Of a stretch of 64,000 bases of DNA, positions 18,366-28,946 are shown one piece after another. A program made the translations under genes and the position numbers. The DNA comes from a virus: IMG/VR virus record IMGVR_UViG_3300034684_000096, positions 56,005 through 120,004 of that record; one strand, 5' to 3'. The first letter of the stretch is position 1, and each line of letters begins with the position of its first letter. Below the pieces are notes generated by a model. It was not told the DNA's origin and did not search any database. It worked only from the letters and a program-made list of their open reading frames with translations.

Positions 18366-18812
18366 CTAACTTTCATTCTTTCCTCCGTTTGGAACCCATT
18401 CCATTGCTTGATAATCCTCTTCTACTTCATAAACCGGAACAAAATGATGCTTTTCATAAAACCCTTGCACATCTTTGTGAGCATATAAAAGTAACTTTTG
18501 CTGTAAGTTCTTTGCCATGACTTTAAATGCAAATACAGCGAGTGAGCCAAAACCCTGTCCTCTGTAAGACTCATGAACACAAAGAGGACCAATATAAATC
18601 ATTTCTCCACTCCGCTCACTGAATCCATATTCAAAACCAAATACACATGCTACATTATCGTCTTGAAAAATAGCAGAGAAAGTAGTTTTTCGTTTACCAC
18701 TTATATAATCTGGGTCATATTTTCTACACGCTACTGCGGTGACTAACATAGGCCATTCCCCGGTATTTGCTAATTCTTCAACCTCTTGGAATGTTATCTC
18801 TTTCATATTCAT
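18366..18812 (-). CDS. GNAT family acetyltransferase
   Basis: LCVHESYRGQGFGS acetyl-CoA motif A; GFYEKHHF motif B. Confidence 0.85.
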   Translation of the reverse strand: MNMKEITFQEVEELANTGEWPMLVTAVACRKYDPDYISGKRKTTFSAIFQDDNVACVFGFEYGFSERSGEMIYIGPLCVHESYRGQGFGSLAVFAFKVMAKNLQQKLLLYAHKDVQGFYEKHHFVPVYEVEEDYQAMEWVPNGGKNES

Positions 18813-19133
18813 TGTTCCTTGTTTACGTTTTAGGCTATCTGTTAATTTTTTGGTCCAACAGATAGCCTTTATATTTCTATCAAACCTCTAAGACATGCTT
18901 ATGTGCTCTGTCAAGCAATATTATTGTGCGGTGAAGTAGGTCAAGCATTTCTTCTGCCATAGCATCTGGTACTGGTCTTTCTTCCTCTTTGTAATCATAC
19001 CCAAAGTACTTTCCACCCCTGTCTCTAACATCTAAATCAAGATATACAGCCGTTTCGTATACTCTATGGATTTCTTTTCTCAACTCATCCATAAACCCTT
19101 GTTCTTGTTTTACTTCCTGTTTTGCTTTTTCAC

Positions 19134-19391
19134 TCATAATATCTCCTTTTTTGTTATTCTCTTTACTGGTTGTCCACCAAGCCAAGCATAAACATTCTTT
19201 ATCCTTCTATGATTGAAAGGACTGACAAATTGCCAGTTTCCTTGCCTTCCTATGTCTATGTAATAGGCAAATCTTACATTACCCAACTCATCAGTTACAA
19301 GATATTTATCATAAGTCCTATTACTGTAAGGAGGAGGATAAGTAGGATATTTTCCTTCAGGTAATCGTTCTGATACAAGTGTCCATTCCAT
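19134..19391 (-). CDS. DUF551-like protein
   Basis: MEWTLVSERLPE...YLVT...VYAW. Confidence 0.65.
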   Translation of the reverse strand: MEWTLVSERLPEGKYPTYPPPYSNRTYDKYLVTDELGNVRFAYYIDIGRQGNWQFVSPFNHRRIKNVYAWLGGQPVKRITKKEIL

Positions 19392-19729
19392 TATTTTATC
19401 TCCTTTTTTGTTATTCTAGCTTGTGCCATACCAAGCTTTACTGCTTCTTCGATTGCAGACATGGTAGCTATATTATCTTCTGGTAGGTGCTCAACTAGTG
19501 CAATAGCTACACTTGCAAGTTGCACTGCATACTTCTGTATTTTGGCTAAATCATTGGTTGGCTTTTTACCTAGATAAGCATCATTCGTAGCCTGTGCAAG
19601 CTTTCCAAACTCCTCACCTAGTATAGAAATCCACTCAAAAGGAGAGTTGTTCTGCGGGTATCCCCATTTTGCGTCCTGCTTATTACGTTCTTCAGTAACC
19701 TTTCTAAAGACACTATCTCTTTGAATCAT
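19391..19729 (-). CDS. MazG-like NTP pyrophosphohydrolase fold protein
   Basis: ERNKQDAKWG...ILGEEFG.LAQA...VQLASVA; some acidic residues replaced by K/Y. Confidence 0.65.
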   Translation of the reverse strand: MIQRDSVFRKVTEERNKQDAKWGYPQNNSPFEWISILGEEFGKLAQATNDAYLGKKPTNDLAKIQKYAVQLASVAIALVEHLPEDNIATMSAIEEAVKLGMAQARITKKEIK

Positions 19730-20273
19730 CCATTTTCTCCTATTATTTTCTCATTCCATTCCTTAATTACCTCTTCTTTTGTGTTGGCGTATGCCTCACA
19801 ATGAATATAAGGTGAATCAATATAAGGTCCATTTTTATATAAAACTTGTGCAAGCCAATAATTACCTTGTTGTGTTATTGAAGGATATTGCCCATTATGG
19901 TGAGGTAGACAACCTTGGTAATCTTTCTTTTGTGCAGTATATTCCTTAGAAAAATCACATTCTTGGATTTGGTTTTTAGCCAACATTGCTGACCCAAGTG
20001 AATCAATTACATATTCCATTATTCTTTATCCCTAGTTTCATTTTGCTCTTCTTTCGCTCGTTCTACATGTGCATAAAGATTTCGGTTATTTACATTCATT
20101 TCAATGCAAACCATTTCTGCATAAGAAGGTGATTCATGACTAAACAAAATATTACCATTTATGTCAACAATATTATATTTCATTATTCTTCCTCCTACTT
20201 CCTAGTCCATCTATCAAGCAAATAAAATTCCATAGCAACTACTATAACAGCTAACATGGCTGACGATAATGTA

Positions 20274-20575
20274 TTAGTATCCATAGCCTTCCCCCAACTT
20301 CTCTATATTATACTCAAAAGTATCCTCACTTGGTTCCTTGCCTTCTAGTTTTCTCATTCGTTCTACATGTTCTTTACCAAAAGCAACTACTTTAAGCAAG
20401 TCTTCATTAGGTACTCCAGCACAAGCATTGACACAAGCTACTATACGCTCAGCATTGGCTTCAGAGTCAATAGACCAAGCCACGTCATAGTCTTCTGACT
20501 CACTAAATATCTCATAGCTGTTATCCACGCCTACCACATACCAAGGCTCCTTTATATGCTTTCTCTTACACATAT
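20274..20575 (-). CDS. hypothetical phage protein (H.KEPW...RIVACVNAC family)
   Basis: paralog of the adjacent gene; start approximate (MCKRK). Confidence 0.65.
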
Positions 20576-20949
20576 CTGCCACACTCCTCAAACACAGGAG
20601 CACCTTCATAGTAAGGAACACCTCCATCCCAATCAACTCCAATTTGCTTACCTTCATTTAGAACCAAAGCAACACCATCGGCAACAATACCACTTTGCAA
20701 CACTTCATTGGTAAGTCCAATACAAGCATTCACACAAGCCACGATACGCCGTGCATCAATCTCATCTACTGCCCAGTCATCTACTACTACCATTGGTTCA
20801 TCTTTCCATGGATGGTCAGGAGATATTCGCTCTCCATATGTCTGTACTCTGCTTACAATACGACTAGACCAATTATAGTCCTCTACTGTATTAATAACTG
20901 CCCAAGGTTCTTTTGTATGCTTCATACTTCCTCCATTTCTTATACTCAT
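20566..20949 (-). CDS. hypothetical phage protein (H.KEPW...RIVACVNAC family)
   Basis: HTKEPW...ARRIVACVNAC; true start probably MKHT. Confidence 0.65.
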   Translation of the reverse strand: MSIRNGGSMKHTKEPWAVINTVEDYNWSSRIVSRVQTYGERISPDHPWKDEPMVVVDDWAVDEIDARRIVACVNACIGLTNEVLQSGIVADGVALVLNEGKQIGVDWDGGVPYYEGAPVFEECGRYV

Positions 20950-21069
20950 ATACTATCATACTTTAGCATAAATGTCAATAGGAAAATAAAAAATAAATAA
21001 AAAACCTCCATGGAGTTCATGGAGGAAGTAGGTCTGGGGAATCTATGTGTAGGGGTATCGACCTACTTT

Positions 21070-21726
21070 TTAATTATTACTTCTTAGTCTACTCTTCAAA
21101 AACAGAGTAAAGTCTTTATTCATATTTATAGGATATATTACAATCTGTGCATTTATTCCTATAAATAGGTGTATGTCTGGTTGCCTATTAAATTTTCTAA
21201 AATACACATTTGTTCCATCTATCTTATAGGTAGGAATCATGTCATGAAATTTTATAACGTCGTGTCCGTCATGTAAAGCCAATGCTGTTAATTGCCTCTC
21301 AAGGTGTGAAGGAGAATCAAAACCTGACTCTACAACAAATATATTTTGTATTTCTCTATTTGGTCGTTCTGTATTCTTATAGAAATAACGTAACACATAA
21401 CTAATATCTTCTTCTGGCATTACTCTAATATCATTATCTAAAGTAGCAAACACATACACATTTTCAGCAATAACGTAGCCCGAAAGCACTATTTCCTTAC
21501 CCTCATCATAGAAGTTTATTTTTCTAATTACTCCGGTACTTTCTAACCAATATAAAATCTTTCCCAATTGTATTCTATTATCAAAATTACCCTGTACACT
21601 TAGCTCTTGTAAGATATCTTCCTCTGTTATAGCGAACCCGTTATATATGTAATTATATGTGTAAATGATTCTTGCTACATCTTCTTTATCAAACATATTA
21701 TTCTTCCTTATAATCTTTAGCATCAT
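21070..21726 (-). CDS. hypothetical protein, possible winged-helix N-terminus
   Basis: 218-aa ORF; LGKILYWLESTGVIRK. Confidence 0.6.
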   Translation of the reverse strand: MMLKIIRKNNMFDKEDVARIIYTYNYIYNGFAITEEDILQELSVQGNFDNRIQLGKILYWLESTGVIRKINFYDEGKEIVLSGYVIAENVYVFATLDNDIRVMPEEDISYVLRYFYKNTERPNREIQNIFVVESGFDSPSHLERQLTALALHDGHDVIKFHDMIPTYKIDGTNVYFRKFNRQPDIHLFIGINAQIVIYPINMNKDFTLFLKSRLRSNN

Positions 21727-22020
21727 ATATAATTCCTACTGTACCTATTACTCGCTTCATATTATACTACCAATAACTTCATGCAAACTAACATTGTTAT
21801 CAAAGCTACGGAAGTATAAAGAAAATACAACCCAGTAAACAATAATAGTTTATCAATAAAATCATAAGGCATTATTGCCTTCTTTGAGTCACACGTTACT
21901 GTTATAAAAGCTACCAACGCTGGTATAATTACCAGAGAAAACAAAATGAATACAAGTTCCATACTTACTCCTTCTTATACTTAAGATACTAGCATAAAAT
22001 AGAAAAATAGTCAAGTACTT

Positions 22021-22689
22021 TTACAATATTATTTTTCTATTTTCTCTCTGTGCTTTTACTTCCAAGTAATCCCAGTTGTCAATGCCTTGGAGTTTTTCAA
22101 TAACTTGCTCACTACTAATTGGTTTATAATCCCAGAATTCACAGTTGACATTAAGTTGTCTTCCATCTTTAATAATATCCGGGGTACCTTTATGAATATG
22201 CCCATATAAGTTAATACTATTGTAATGAGAACAGTCCCACACTTTTAGAGGATAATGGCAGAGGAAGAATTTATGATTTAAATCTTTAACCATAAGATAC
22301 TCGTGATAAGGTATCTTACTGGTTCGTGCCATTCTCTGTACAAAACTTTTGTCATGGTTTCCATGTATCAAATGCAATTGTACTGCCTTTGGCTTATGTG
22401 CTAGTAGCTTTGCCATACCTTCTTGAGAGAAAGCAATGTCCCCTAGTACGTATAAATCACTTCCTTTTGGAATATCGTATATTCTATCCAACACCCAGTC
22501 ATCATACTCAGCAACAGTTTTTACAGACACATCCCTATGCTTTAATATAGAAAGATGACCTAAGTGCAGGTCACTCGTGAAGTACTTCATCCTTAGCCTC
22601 CTTATAACATTCAGGGGGTTCCATAAATTGAAATAACCAGACTCCTTCTGGGATATCTTCTGGTACTCTCCTAAAGCAATTCTCTCCAT
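22021..22689 (-). CDS. calcineurin-like metallophosphoesterase
   Basis: DLHLGH, GD, GNHD, H, GHIH motifs; true start may be MKYFTSD (22590). Confidence 0.9.
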   Translation of the reverse strand: MERIALGEYQKISQKESGYFNLWNPLNVIRRLRMKYFTSDLHLGHLSILKHRDVSVKTVAEYDDWVLDRIYDIPKGSDLYVLGDIAFSQEGMAKLLAHKPKAVQLHLIHGNHDKSFVQRMARTSKIPYHEYLMVKDLNHKFFLCHYPLKVWDCSHYNSINLYGHIHKGTPDIIKDGRQLNVNCEFWDYKPISSEQVIEKLQGIDNWDYLEVKAQRENRKIIL

Positions 22690-22727
22690 CTATACATGAT
22701 TCCCAAAATGGACAAAAGGTCATATCT

Positions 22728-23549
22728 CTATATATCATTAGCATTTCCTTTTAGTAGTTCTTTAAACTGTTCTAATTCTTTAACCATAGAATCAACTTTT
22801 TCAATAACACCATGCTCTGGATGTTCATTTCTTTCAAACCAGTCAGATAGTGTTTTTCTTGAAGGAGTATTCTCCTCTAATATATTATGTACTAACTGAT
22901 AATGATGAAGACCAAATACATCATATACCTTTTTAAAGAAAGTATCAATATCGTTTGCTTGTTCTTCTAATCGTTTCTTAGTACGTACTATATCTTCTTT
23001 ATCATATTCAAGTTGTCTCAATTCATGCTGTAGATTCTGAGCCACATATTTACCAATAGCACTAAAGGTCGCTTTCCCTTCTTTGTACGCAGTAAAATCA
23101 TTAAGCTTCTTTACTCTTCTCATTAACTCATAGTCTGAATCAGATAACATCTTATCTTTATTCTTCAATCTATTGACAATAAGTGCTCTCCAGAAACCTT
23201 CTGGTATCTCTACTTCCCGTACCGGTGCTTTTATCTTTGTCAGCAACCTTTTCTCTGTGGCTAGTATAAAACCAAAGCCCTCTGGTAGCTCACCATCTTT
23301 TACTACACCTTTAGGAGCTACCAGATACATTTGATTGCAGTAAGGCATATACTCTTGCATCTTAGTGTCATGAAGAAAATCAGCACGTGATACTTTTACT
23401 TCATACGCAGTAACAAGACTCTTGGTATATGAAGGTTTCATAGCCCACGCATCCATTCTTCTTTGTCCAGAGTTTATAGCGACTTCTGAGAAGAAGGCAT
23501 CGTCTTTATGTCTTGTCTCTAACATACTAATAATATCTACTGCTTTCAT
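22728..23549 (-). CDS. MmcB-like PD-(D/E)xK nuclease with coiled-coil tail
   Basis: FFSEV...RRMDAW...YEVKVSRADFLHD.K...Y..YCNQMYLVAP. Confidence 0.8.
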   Translation of the reverse strand: MKAVDIISMLETRHKDDAFFSEVAINSGQRRMDAWAMKPSYTKSLVTAYEVKVSRADFLHDTKMQEYMPYCNQMYLVAPKGVVKDGELPEGFGFILATEKRLLTKIKAPVREVEIPEGFWRALIVNRLKNKDKMLSDSDYELMRRVKKLNDFTAYKEGKATFSAIGKYVAQNLQHELRQLEYDKEDIVRTKKRLEEQANDIDTFFKKVYDVFGLHHYQLVHNILEENTPSRKTLSDWFERNEHPEHGVIEKVDSMVKELEQFKELLKGNANDI

Positions 23550-23723
23550 TACTACTTCCTTATTTCAATACTGGTCCACGTAATTCAAGAAATTCTCCGT
23601 CATAGAAAAAGCTTCTTAGTTCTGTTGGGATACCGAACCCCTCTTCATCCCCATAACCATACCCAAGCACATATACACTAGCTTCTTCATCCAACCCACT
23701 TAAAATACTTATTAATTCTTTTA

Positions 23724-24056
23724 CTAACATACTTCCTCACTTTTTTCTTCTAAAAAATCTCCGTCTGCTGTCTTTACTGTTTGATGTAACAAATCAGCAA
23801 ACATGTCTACTAACTCTTCATCTTTTTGAAGTTCTGTTCTATTCAATTGTCTAAAAATCCAATGTACTAGCTCATGCAAGAATACATGTTCTAATTGTTC
23901 ATGAGTCATCTTAAACGTTGCGGTATTCGGGGCAATAAAGATTTTGTTTCTCCGATAATTAGCCATTCCCATTGCATCACTATCCAACATCATATCTGCA
24001 TTGTATTCTAATTCAATAGTCGTTCCCATTAACTCAAACTTCTTAGGTATTTTCAC
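23724..24056 (-). CDS. HExxH metallopeptidase-like phage protein
   Basis: VFLHELVH...E.LVD. Confidence 0.75.
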   Translation of the reverse strand: MKIPKKFELMGTTIELEYNADMMLDSDAMGMANYRRNKIFIAPNTATFKMTHEQLEHVFLHELVHWIFRQLNRTELQKDEELVDMFADLLHQTVKTADGDFLEEKSEEVC

Positions 24057-24248
24057 TATTTTTCTCCAATTTAGGTAATTTTTTTAACAATTCCATCACT
24101 ATATATATTGCTTCATCAAAGGTGTTACACACTCCCGATTCAACAATTATAAAATTAATTCTCCCAATATGCCCTACGTTAACTACATTATGTATTGGAT
24201 GCTTCTTAATAGACCAATACACTTCACCTAGTACTTTGTACATCTCTA

Positions 24249-24863
24249 TTAAGTAGCCCTTTCGTATTGCCCTAACATACTCATCTCCGTTAAATTTCTT
24301 TCGTCCCAATGGAGCAATGTCAATCTCAGCCATGATGTACTCCTTGCATGTATACATAATTCATCAAATAAAGGAAGCCATTCTTGAATATCCTTTTCTG
24401 TTTCTGGGTGAAAAATCATACTGTTTTTATGTTTACGATAATAGACTGATGTACTCATTTCACGGTATAAAAGAGTTTCCACTGTTAAATTAAGCAACAC
24501 CTTGAACAGCATATAAGTAGGTATCTTTATTGGCTCAATACCATCTTTGTTTACTAACATCCAATACTGCCACCGATAATCTTCAAAATGTTGTAATTCC
24601 AACATAGCGTACTCATGCTCATCTTTGCTATACGCATTCCCTAGAGTATTCCTATCATATAGTACAGAAGAGTACTCCCTAGAGAAATTAAAGTAGTCAT
24701 ATATTTTAATCTTACTCTTAACTCTGCTTGCCTCTTCTTCTGATAGTGTACTTAAGTATGTTTTCACTTTCGGAAAAGTCTGCAATCTTATTAATAAATG
24801 TTTATATACCTTTTGTCGTAAAGCAAATATTGAGTAATAGTTAGTCTTCTTCTGGTACTTCAT
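24249..24863 (-). CDS. hypothetical protein
   Basis: 204-aa ORF in operon. Confidence 0.55.
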   Translation of the reverse strand: MKYQKKTNYYSIFALRQKVYKHLLIRLQTFPKVKTYLSTLSEEEASRVKSKIKIYDYFNFSREYSSVLYDRNTLGNAYSKDEHEYAMLELQHFEDYRWQYWMLVNKDGIEPIKIPTYMLFKVLLNLTVETLLYREMSTSVYYRKHKNSMIFHPETEKDIQEWLPLFDELCIHARSTSWLRLTLLHWDERNLTEMSMLGQYERAT

Positions 24864-25111
24864 ACAACTTCTAACCTGTCACCTATGCCTAAAATTCTTA
24901 CATCTAATGCACAAGTTCCAGAAAAGTAGTCACCTGTACCATCAGGAACTAAGAAGTACTTTCCTAACTCCTCATTATATGTACAAAGAACTAATCTTCC
25001 CTCATGAGGGGTAGTGTGGTCAACGACTTCTGCAATATCTCCTAATTCTAGTGTATGCATTTCAACAACAGGAGCTTCATTTCTTACTAACTTCAATTTC
25101 ATACTGTTCTC

Positions 25112-25732
25112 CTAATATCTCTTGCCGTGCTTAAATTCTCTCGTAACGTTATACCTATGTTTTAGTTCTGCAAATTCAATAAGTTCAAAATCATACTCAT
25201 ACTTAGCGAGATACATAACAAGATAAATTACATCACACAGGTGTCCAGCAATATCATCAGTCTCTGCCATCCAAGCCACATATTTCTCCATAAGAAGCAG
25301 TATCTTTTTTGGATTAGTATAGGTTTTCTTACCTTTTTCATCATCCCAAACTAACCTACTTAATAATTCGGAGACATCATCAAGGTACTTTTGTAGTGTA
25401 GGTGTGTCTCTGTCATTCTCTAATTCATATCCATATAAATCTAGACATCTGATAAAGAAGTCTGTTAATTCCATTTCAAAAGTATCTTTTAAAAGAAATT
25501 CAAATAGAGTCGTCCAGCTTTCAGAACCTTCGTTGTAAGCATCAACCACTTTCTGTACATCGGCTTCCTTAGCGTGTAACCACTTACGGTCAGCTTCAAT
25601 CGCCTCAGATATTTCACAGTTAAGAAGTAGCAAGGAGTTAATCAGGTCAAAATCTAAGTAAAACCCCTTAGTAACGGCATTTTTATGAAATATTTCCACG
25701 TAATCATCTAAGTCTTTTCCTATCGTCCCCAT
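25112..25732 (-). CDS. MazG/all-alpha dUTPase-like pyrophosphohydrolase
   Basis: HKNAVTKGF...EISEAIEADRK...ELTDFFIRCLD...K.RYN..R..KHGKRY. Confidence 0.8.
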   Translation of the reverse strand: MGTIGKDLDDYVEIFHKNAVTKGFYLDFDLINSLLLLNCEISEAIEADRKWLHAKEADVQKVVDAYNEGSESWTTLFEFLLKDTFEMELTDFFIRCLDLYGYELENDRDTPTLQKYLDDVSELLSRLVWDDEKGKKTYTNPKKILLLMEKYVAWMAETDDIAGHLCDVIYLVMYLAKYEYDFELIEFAELKHRYNVTREFKHGKRY

Positions 25733-26106
25733 TTTTCCCTCTTTTCATCTGAAATCTGTTCCACAAAATCTGGGTAGGTAAGCAGTTTGTCAAGGTATTC
25801 GTCAAATGGAATATCTTTCTTATTTTCCCTGTCCCAGATAAGAAATAGTACATCACAAGCCAAATGTGCTAAATGTGACTCACCTGATTCCTTATCAAAC
25901 TCTTCTCCATCATTGAAGTACTGTTTCCAATGACGAATAATTGCATCTGCATATGCTGCTTTATGAGGAACATACTTCCAATTATTTTTACAATATTTCG
26001 TAGTAGCACCATAATTTAACACATCTATGACGGGCAGTAAGGCATCCATAGGAAGTAAACTCCATCTAGCCTTATCTTTATATTCCTTTACACCATTATC
26101 ATCCAT
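25720..26106 (-). CDS. dATP/dGTP diphosphohydrolase domain protein (DUF5664-like)
   Basis: K.RWSLLP...VL.YGA.KY..NNW...AIIRH...DKESGESHLAHLAC. Confidence 0.85.
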   Translation of the reverse strand: MDDNGVKEYKDKARWSLLPMDALLPVIDVLNYGATTKYCKNNWKYVPHKAAYADAIIRHWKQYFNDGEEFDKESGESHLAHLACDVLFLIWDRENKKDIPFDEYLDKLLTYPDFVEQISDEKREKWGR

Positions 26107-26791
26107 TCTATCTTTCCCTCCGATACTCTAAGTCAAACCAGTCACAATACATATCACGATATTCCACAGGAAGATGCTCTGGGTATTTAACCTCAGGTAA
26201 AGGCTCATATTTAACAAAAGGTTTCTTTACCATAACTACCAAATCATCCGGTATAGATGAATCTTCTATTGGCAATAGATTAAACCACAGCTCATAATAC
26301 AAATGCTGTTGTATCCACTGTACATTGTTAGGACTTAAACGTATACTACTGATATCATATGCATACCCTTCATTAGGTGTGCTCATATAGGTAAACTCAA
26401 ATAATCTATCACACCACTCTAAATACATCTCAAGATTTTTGTTAAAATTAGAAGCATGTGGTCTAAATCTAGTACGAAACACAAACTTAAAAGGTAATTC
26501 TATCTTTTTATCAAAATCCTTAATAAAAACTATCTCAGGGCTTGTATACATCCAAAAACCTCTCTTCTAGACTACGTGCCAAGTGAGTGTTACAGGCTTC
26601 AATTACTTCTTCCACTGAAACACCAGTATACAGCTTCTCTGTCTCATACTTGAACTCAGTAGAGGTATCCACAAACTGACAAGTCCATATACCGTTTTTG
26701 TATTGTGCAATATAATGACCATACACACCTTGTGATGCCAAAATATCCATATCCTCGCTATAATCAAACACCAATGGTCTTATTGTATACA

Positions 26792-27100
26792 TTATCCAAA
26801 CATCCCCGCTATTCTTTTCCAAAACCCATATCCTTCATAGGTACTACTCCAATCAAATAACTCACTCAATAAAGCATCGTCCTTGATATATGTATAAATA
26901 AGTTCTGGTCCGTGCTGTGAAATACCGTGCATTACTGCAACAGTCCAAACAATATCTAACCCTATTTCCTGCAAATTCTTCTTCAATGTACAGTTAGGAG
27001 TGTTTTCTGTGATAGAGTTTACCAACGGTGCATAAAATGAGTTCTTATCCATCATCTTTGTCAATGTGTATTCAAAATCAGTATCTGTGTATTTCTTCAT
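26792..27100 (-). CDS. hypothetical protein
   Basis: C-terminal LFDWSSTYEGYGFW resembles LFEWETTDEGCEYW of 1699-2178. Confidence 0.6.
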   Translation of the reverse strand: MKKYTDTDFEYTLTKMMDKNSFYAPLVNSITENTPNCTLKKNLQEIGLDIVWTVAVMHGISQHGPELIYTYIKDDALLSELFDWSSTYEGYGFWKRIAGMFG

Positions 27101-27330
27101 GCTTGCTCCTGCTCCTCTGGTGACTTACTAAATAAAAGAAACAAAAATACTATAATAAATAAAATTGCTCCCGTTCCTGCAAGTAGAATTGTTGGGGCTA
27201 AAACGTATAACCATGTCCAATTAATTACATCAAGCAGTTTTAAGATAACAAATGGCAATTGTAAGAGAAGATAATTCAACACCTTCAATTGCCATGCTAC
27301 TGAGTTTACCTGTACTATTAGTTGTTCCAT
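27097..27330 (-). CDS. small two-TM membrane protein
   Basis: FVILKLLDVINWTWLYVLAP; paralog of 30736-30948. Confidence 0.7.
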   Translation of the reverse strand: MEQLIVQVNSVAWQLKVLNYLLLQLPFVILKLLDVINWTWLYVLAPTILLAGTGAILFIIVFLFLLFSKSPEEQEQA

Positions 27331-27859
27331 TAATCACTCTCCAGTACTAATGTGTTTTCCTCTAACTCTTCATCAACAGTAATCCACGGTTTGTAAAAGT
27401 CTGTGTTTAATAACTTATCCTTAAAATACTCAAACACATTACTCGCCATGTTAATTTTTGAGGCTTCCGGGAACTCTTCTTTAATGCTTTCAAGAAACTG
27501 ATTATATTTTATAGCATTCTCTTTTACAATATCCTTCCAACACTTAGTCTTTCTTACTATTCCTGCATAAGAAGTCATTCCCAGCTCTTCTGGGTTAAAC
27601 TCTAATGTGAATGGATATTCTGGTGATATCATTTCTTCTACTTCTGTGTCTTCTTCAGTTACCTTTAGTGGTAAATCCAATACCTGCTTATCAATAGTTA
27701 TTTTGTAATCATCTACTTCATCGTTGTTCATCTATATCTTCCTCTTCATCTTCGTCATAAGCCAAACACATAAGAGTATGTGCTTCTTCATCATAATCAT
27801 CATCTTCATCAATATATTCAGAAAGCCTCAAATTACACTCTCCTATGTGTTAAATGCTA

Positions 27860-27943
27860 TACTCAGGGAGGGACTTGAACCCTCACATCCGAAGACACTA
27901 GCTCCTTAAACTAGCGTGTTTACCAATATTACACCACTTGGCA
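27860..27943 (-). tRNA. tRNA-Leu(AAG)-like gene with mismatched acceptor stem (chimeric or pseudo)
   Basis: good D arm, anticodon arm (CTAGT-TTAAGGA-GCTAG), long V arm and T arm; 5' TGCCAAG does not pair with 3' CCTGAGT. Confidence 0.7.
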
Positions 27944-27946
27944 ATT

Positions 27947-28020
27947 TAGCTAGGGAGGAACTCGAATCCTCATTCATCGAATTTTAAGTCCGATTGCGTT
28001 ACCATTTAGCATACCTAGCC
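27947..28020 (-). tRNA. tRNA-Leu(TAA) with short variable arm
   Basis: GGCTAGG/CCTAGCT acceptor, TCGGA-CTTAAAA-TTCGA anticodon arm, GAGGA-TTCGAGT-TCCTC T arm. Confidence 0.8.
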
Positions 28021-28028
28021 ATATATCT

Positions 28029-28781
28029 TTATAACTTAATTCCGAGACTTTTAAGGTCTTCTTTTTCTAAAATTATAATCTTTCTATTAGGATTATAATT
28101 TAAAACTGCTTCCATCTTTCTCCTATCATCAACTCTACCATCAGCAGTTTTCCAATAATATCCTTTAACCTCAACAAAAGAGTTAGAGTCTGGAAGATAG
28201 AAATCAGGATAATAATAATGAGTATAATCATCTTCAAAAAGCTTATATTTTAAATGTTTTTTCTTAGTTTTTTCCCAATTAATGTTATTCTCATTTAAAT
28301 ATATAGCATATTTGTACTCCCAACTTCCTTGAAGAGAAACTTCTCTATTCATATAAGGACTAAATAGTTTATACCATTTTGTTCTTACACAACCATTATT
28401 TCTTACTCCCATACTATTTGATATTTTTTGTTTTGTCTCTTTTGTATGCTTTCTTCCTAAAAAAGGTGGAGCAATCTTATTTTCTTTTATATTATTTGTA
28501 TAGGTTTTTCCTTGTTTTATTCTACTTTCTTTTTCTTTTTCTTTATTATTCTCTCTCCACTCTTCTGAAGCCATTCCAAAAGGTCCTTTTCTATCTTTAA
28601 AAGAATAACTCTTAGGATATTCTTTATGAGCTTTTTTAACCCCTTTTGAATTTTTTTGCTTATTAATTGGACATTTAGAAGGTGAGCTTTCACAAATTAA
28701 TTTTCCATTTTTTAATCTATATTTTGCTACATTTCCACATCCATAATAACACAGTTCTTCTGTTTCTATTTTTTCTAGCAT
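28029..28781 (-). CDS. free-standing homing-type endonuclease (NUMOD3 + PD-(D/E)xK)
   Basis: GRKHTKETKQKIS NUMOD3; YYPDFYLP...VEVKG nuclease motif; visibly more AT-rich than flanks. Confidence 0.8.
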   Translation of the reverse strand: MLEKIETEELCYYGCGNVAKYRLKNGKLICESSPSKCPINKQKNSKGVKKAHKEYPKSYSFKDRKGPFGMASEEWRENNKEKEKESRIKQGKTYTNNIKENKIAPPFLGRKHTKETKQKISNSMGVRNNGCVRTKWYKLFSPYMNREVSLQGSWEYKYAIYLNENNINWEKTKKKHLKYKLFEDDYTHYYYPDFYLPDSNSFVEVKGYYWKTADGRVDDRRKMEAVLNYNPNRKIIILEKEDLKSLGIKL

Positions 28782-28854
28782 ATTATAACCCTCTCATTAT
28801 TATAATAATTATAATATCTATAATAAGCCTATTCCACCACCTAAGCAAAATCAA

Positions 28855-28927
28855 TCAGAATGGTAGGACTCGAACCTACGACTTCCTGAATCCAAATCAG
28901 GCACGCTACCAACTGCGCCACACTCTG
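28855..28927 (-). tRNA. tRNA-Pro(TGG)
   Basis: full cloverleaf, CCTGA-TTTGGAT-TCAGG. Confidence 0.92.
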
Positions 28928-28946
28928 AAGATGTGTTATACACACA

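Noticed and set aside
25112-26106. Diaminopurine (Z) genome pathway
   Set aside because: DUF5664-like and MazG-like genes alone are insufficient; no purZ or datZ is recognisable in this window.
27947-28020. Suppressor tRNA or stop-codon reassignment
   Set aside because: The loop reads CTTAAAA (anticodon TAA, Leu), and long genes are intact in the standard code with all three stops used.
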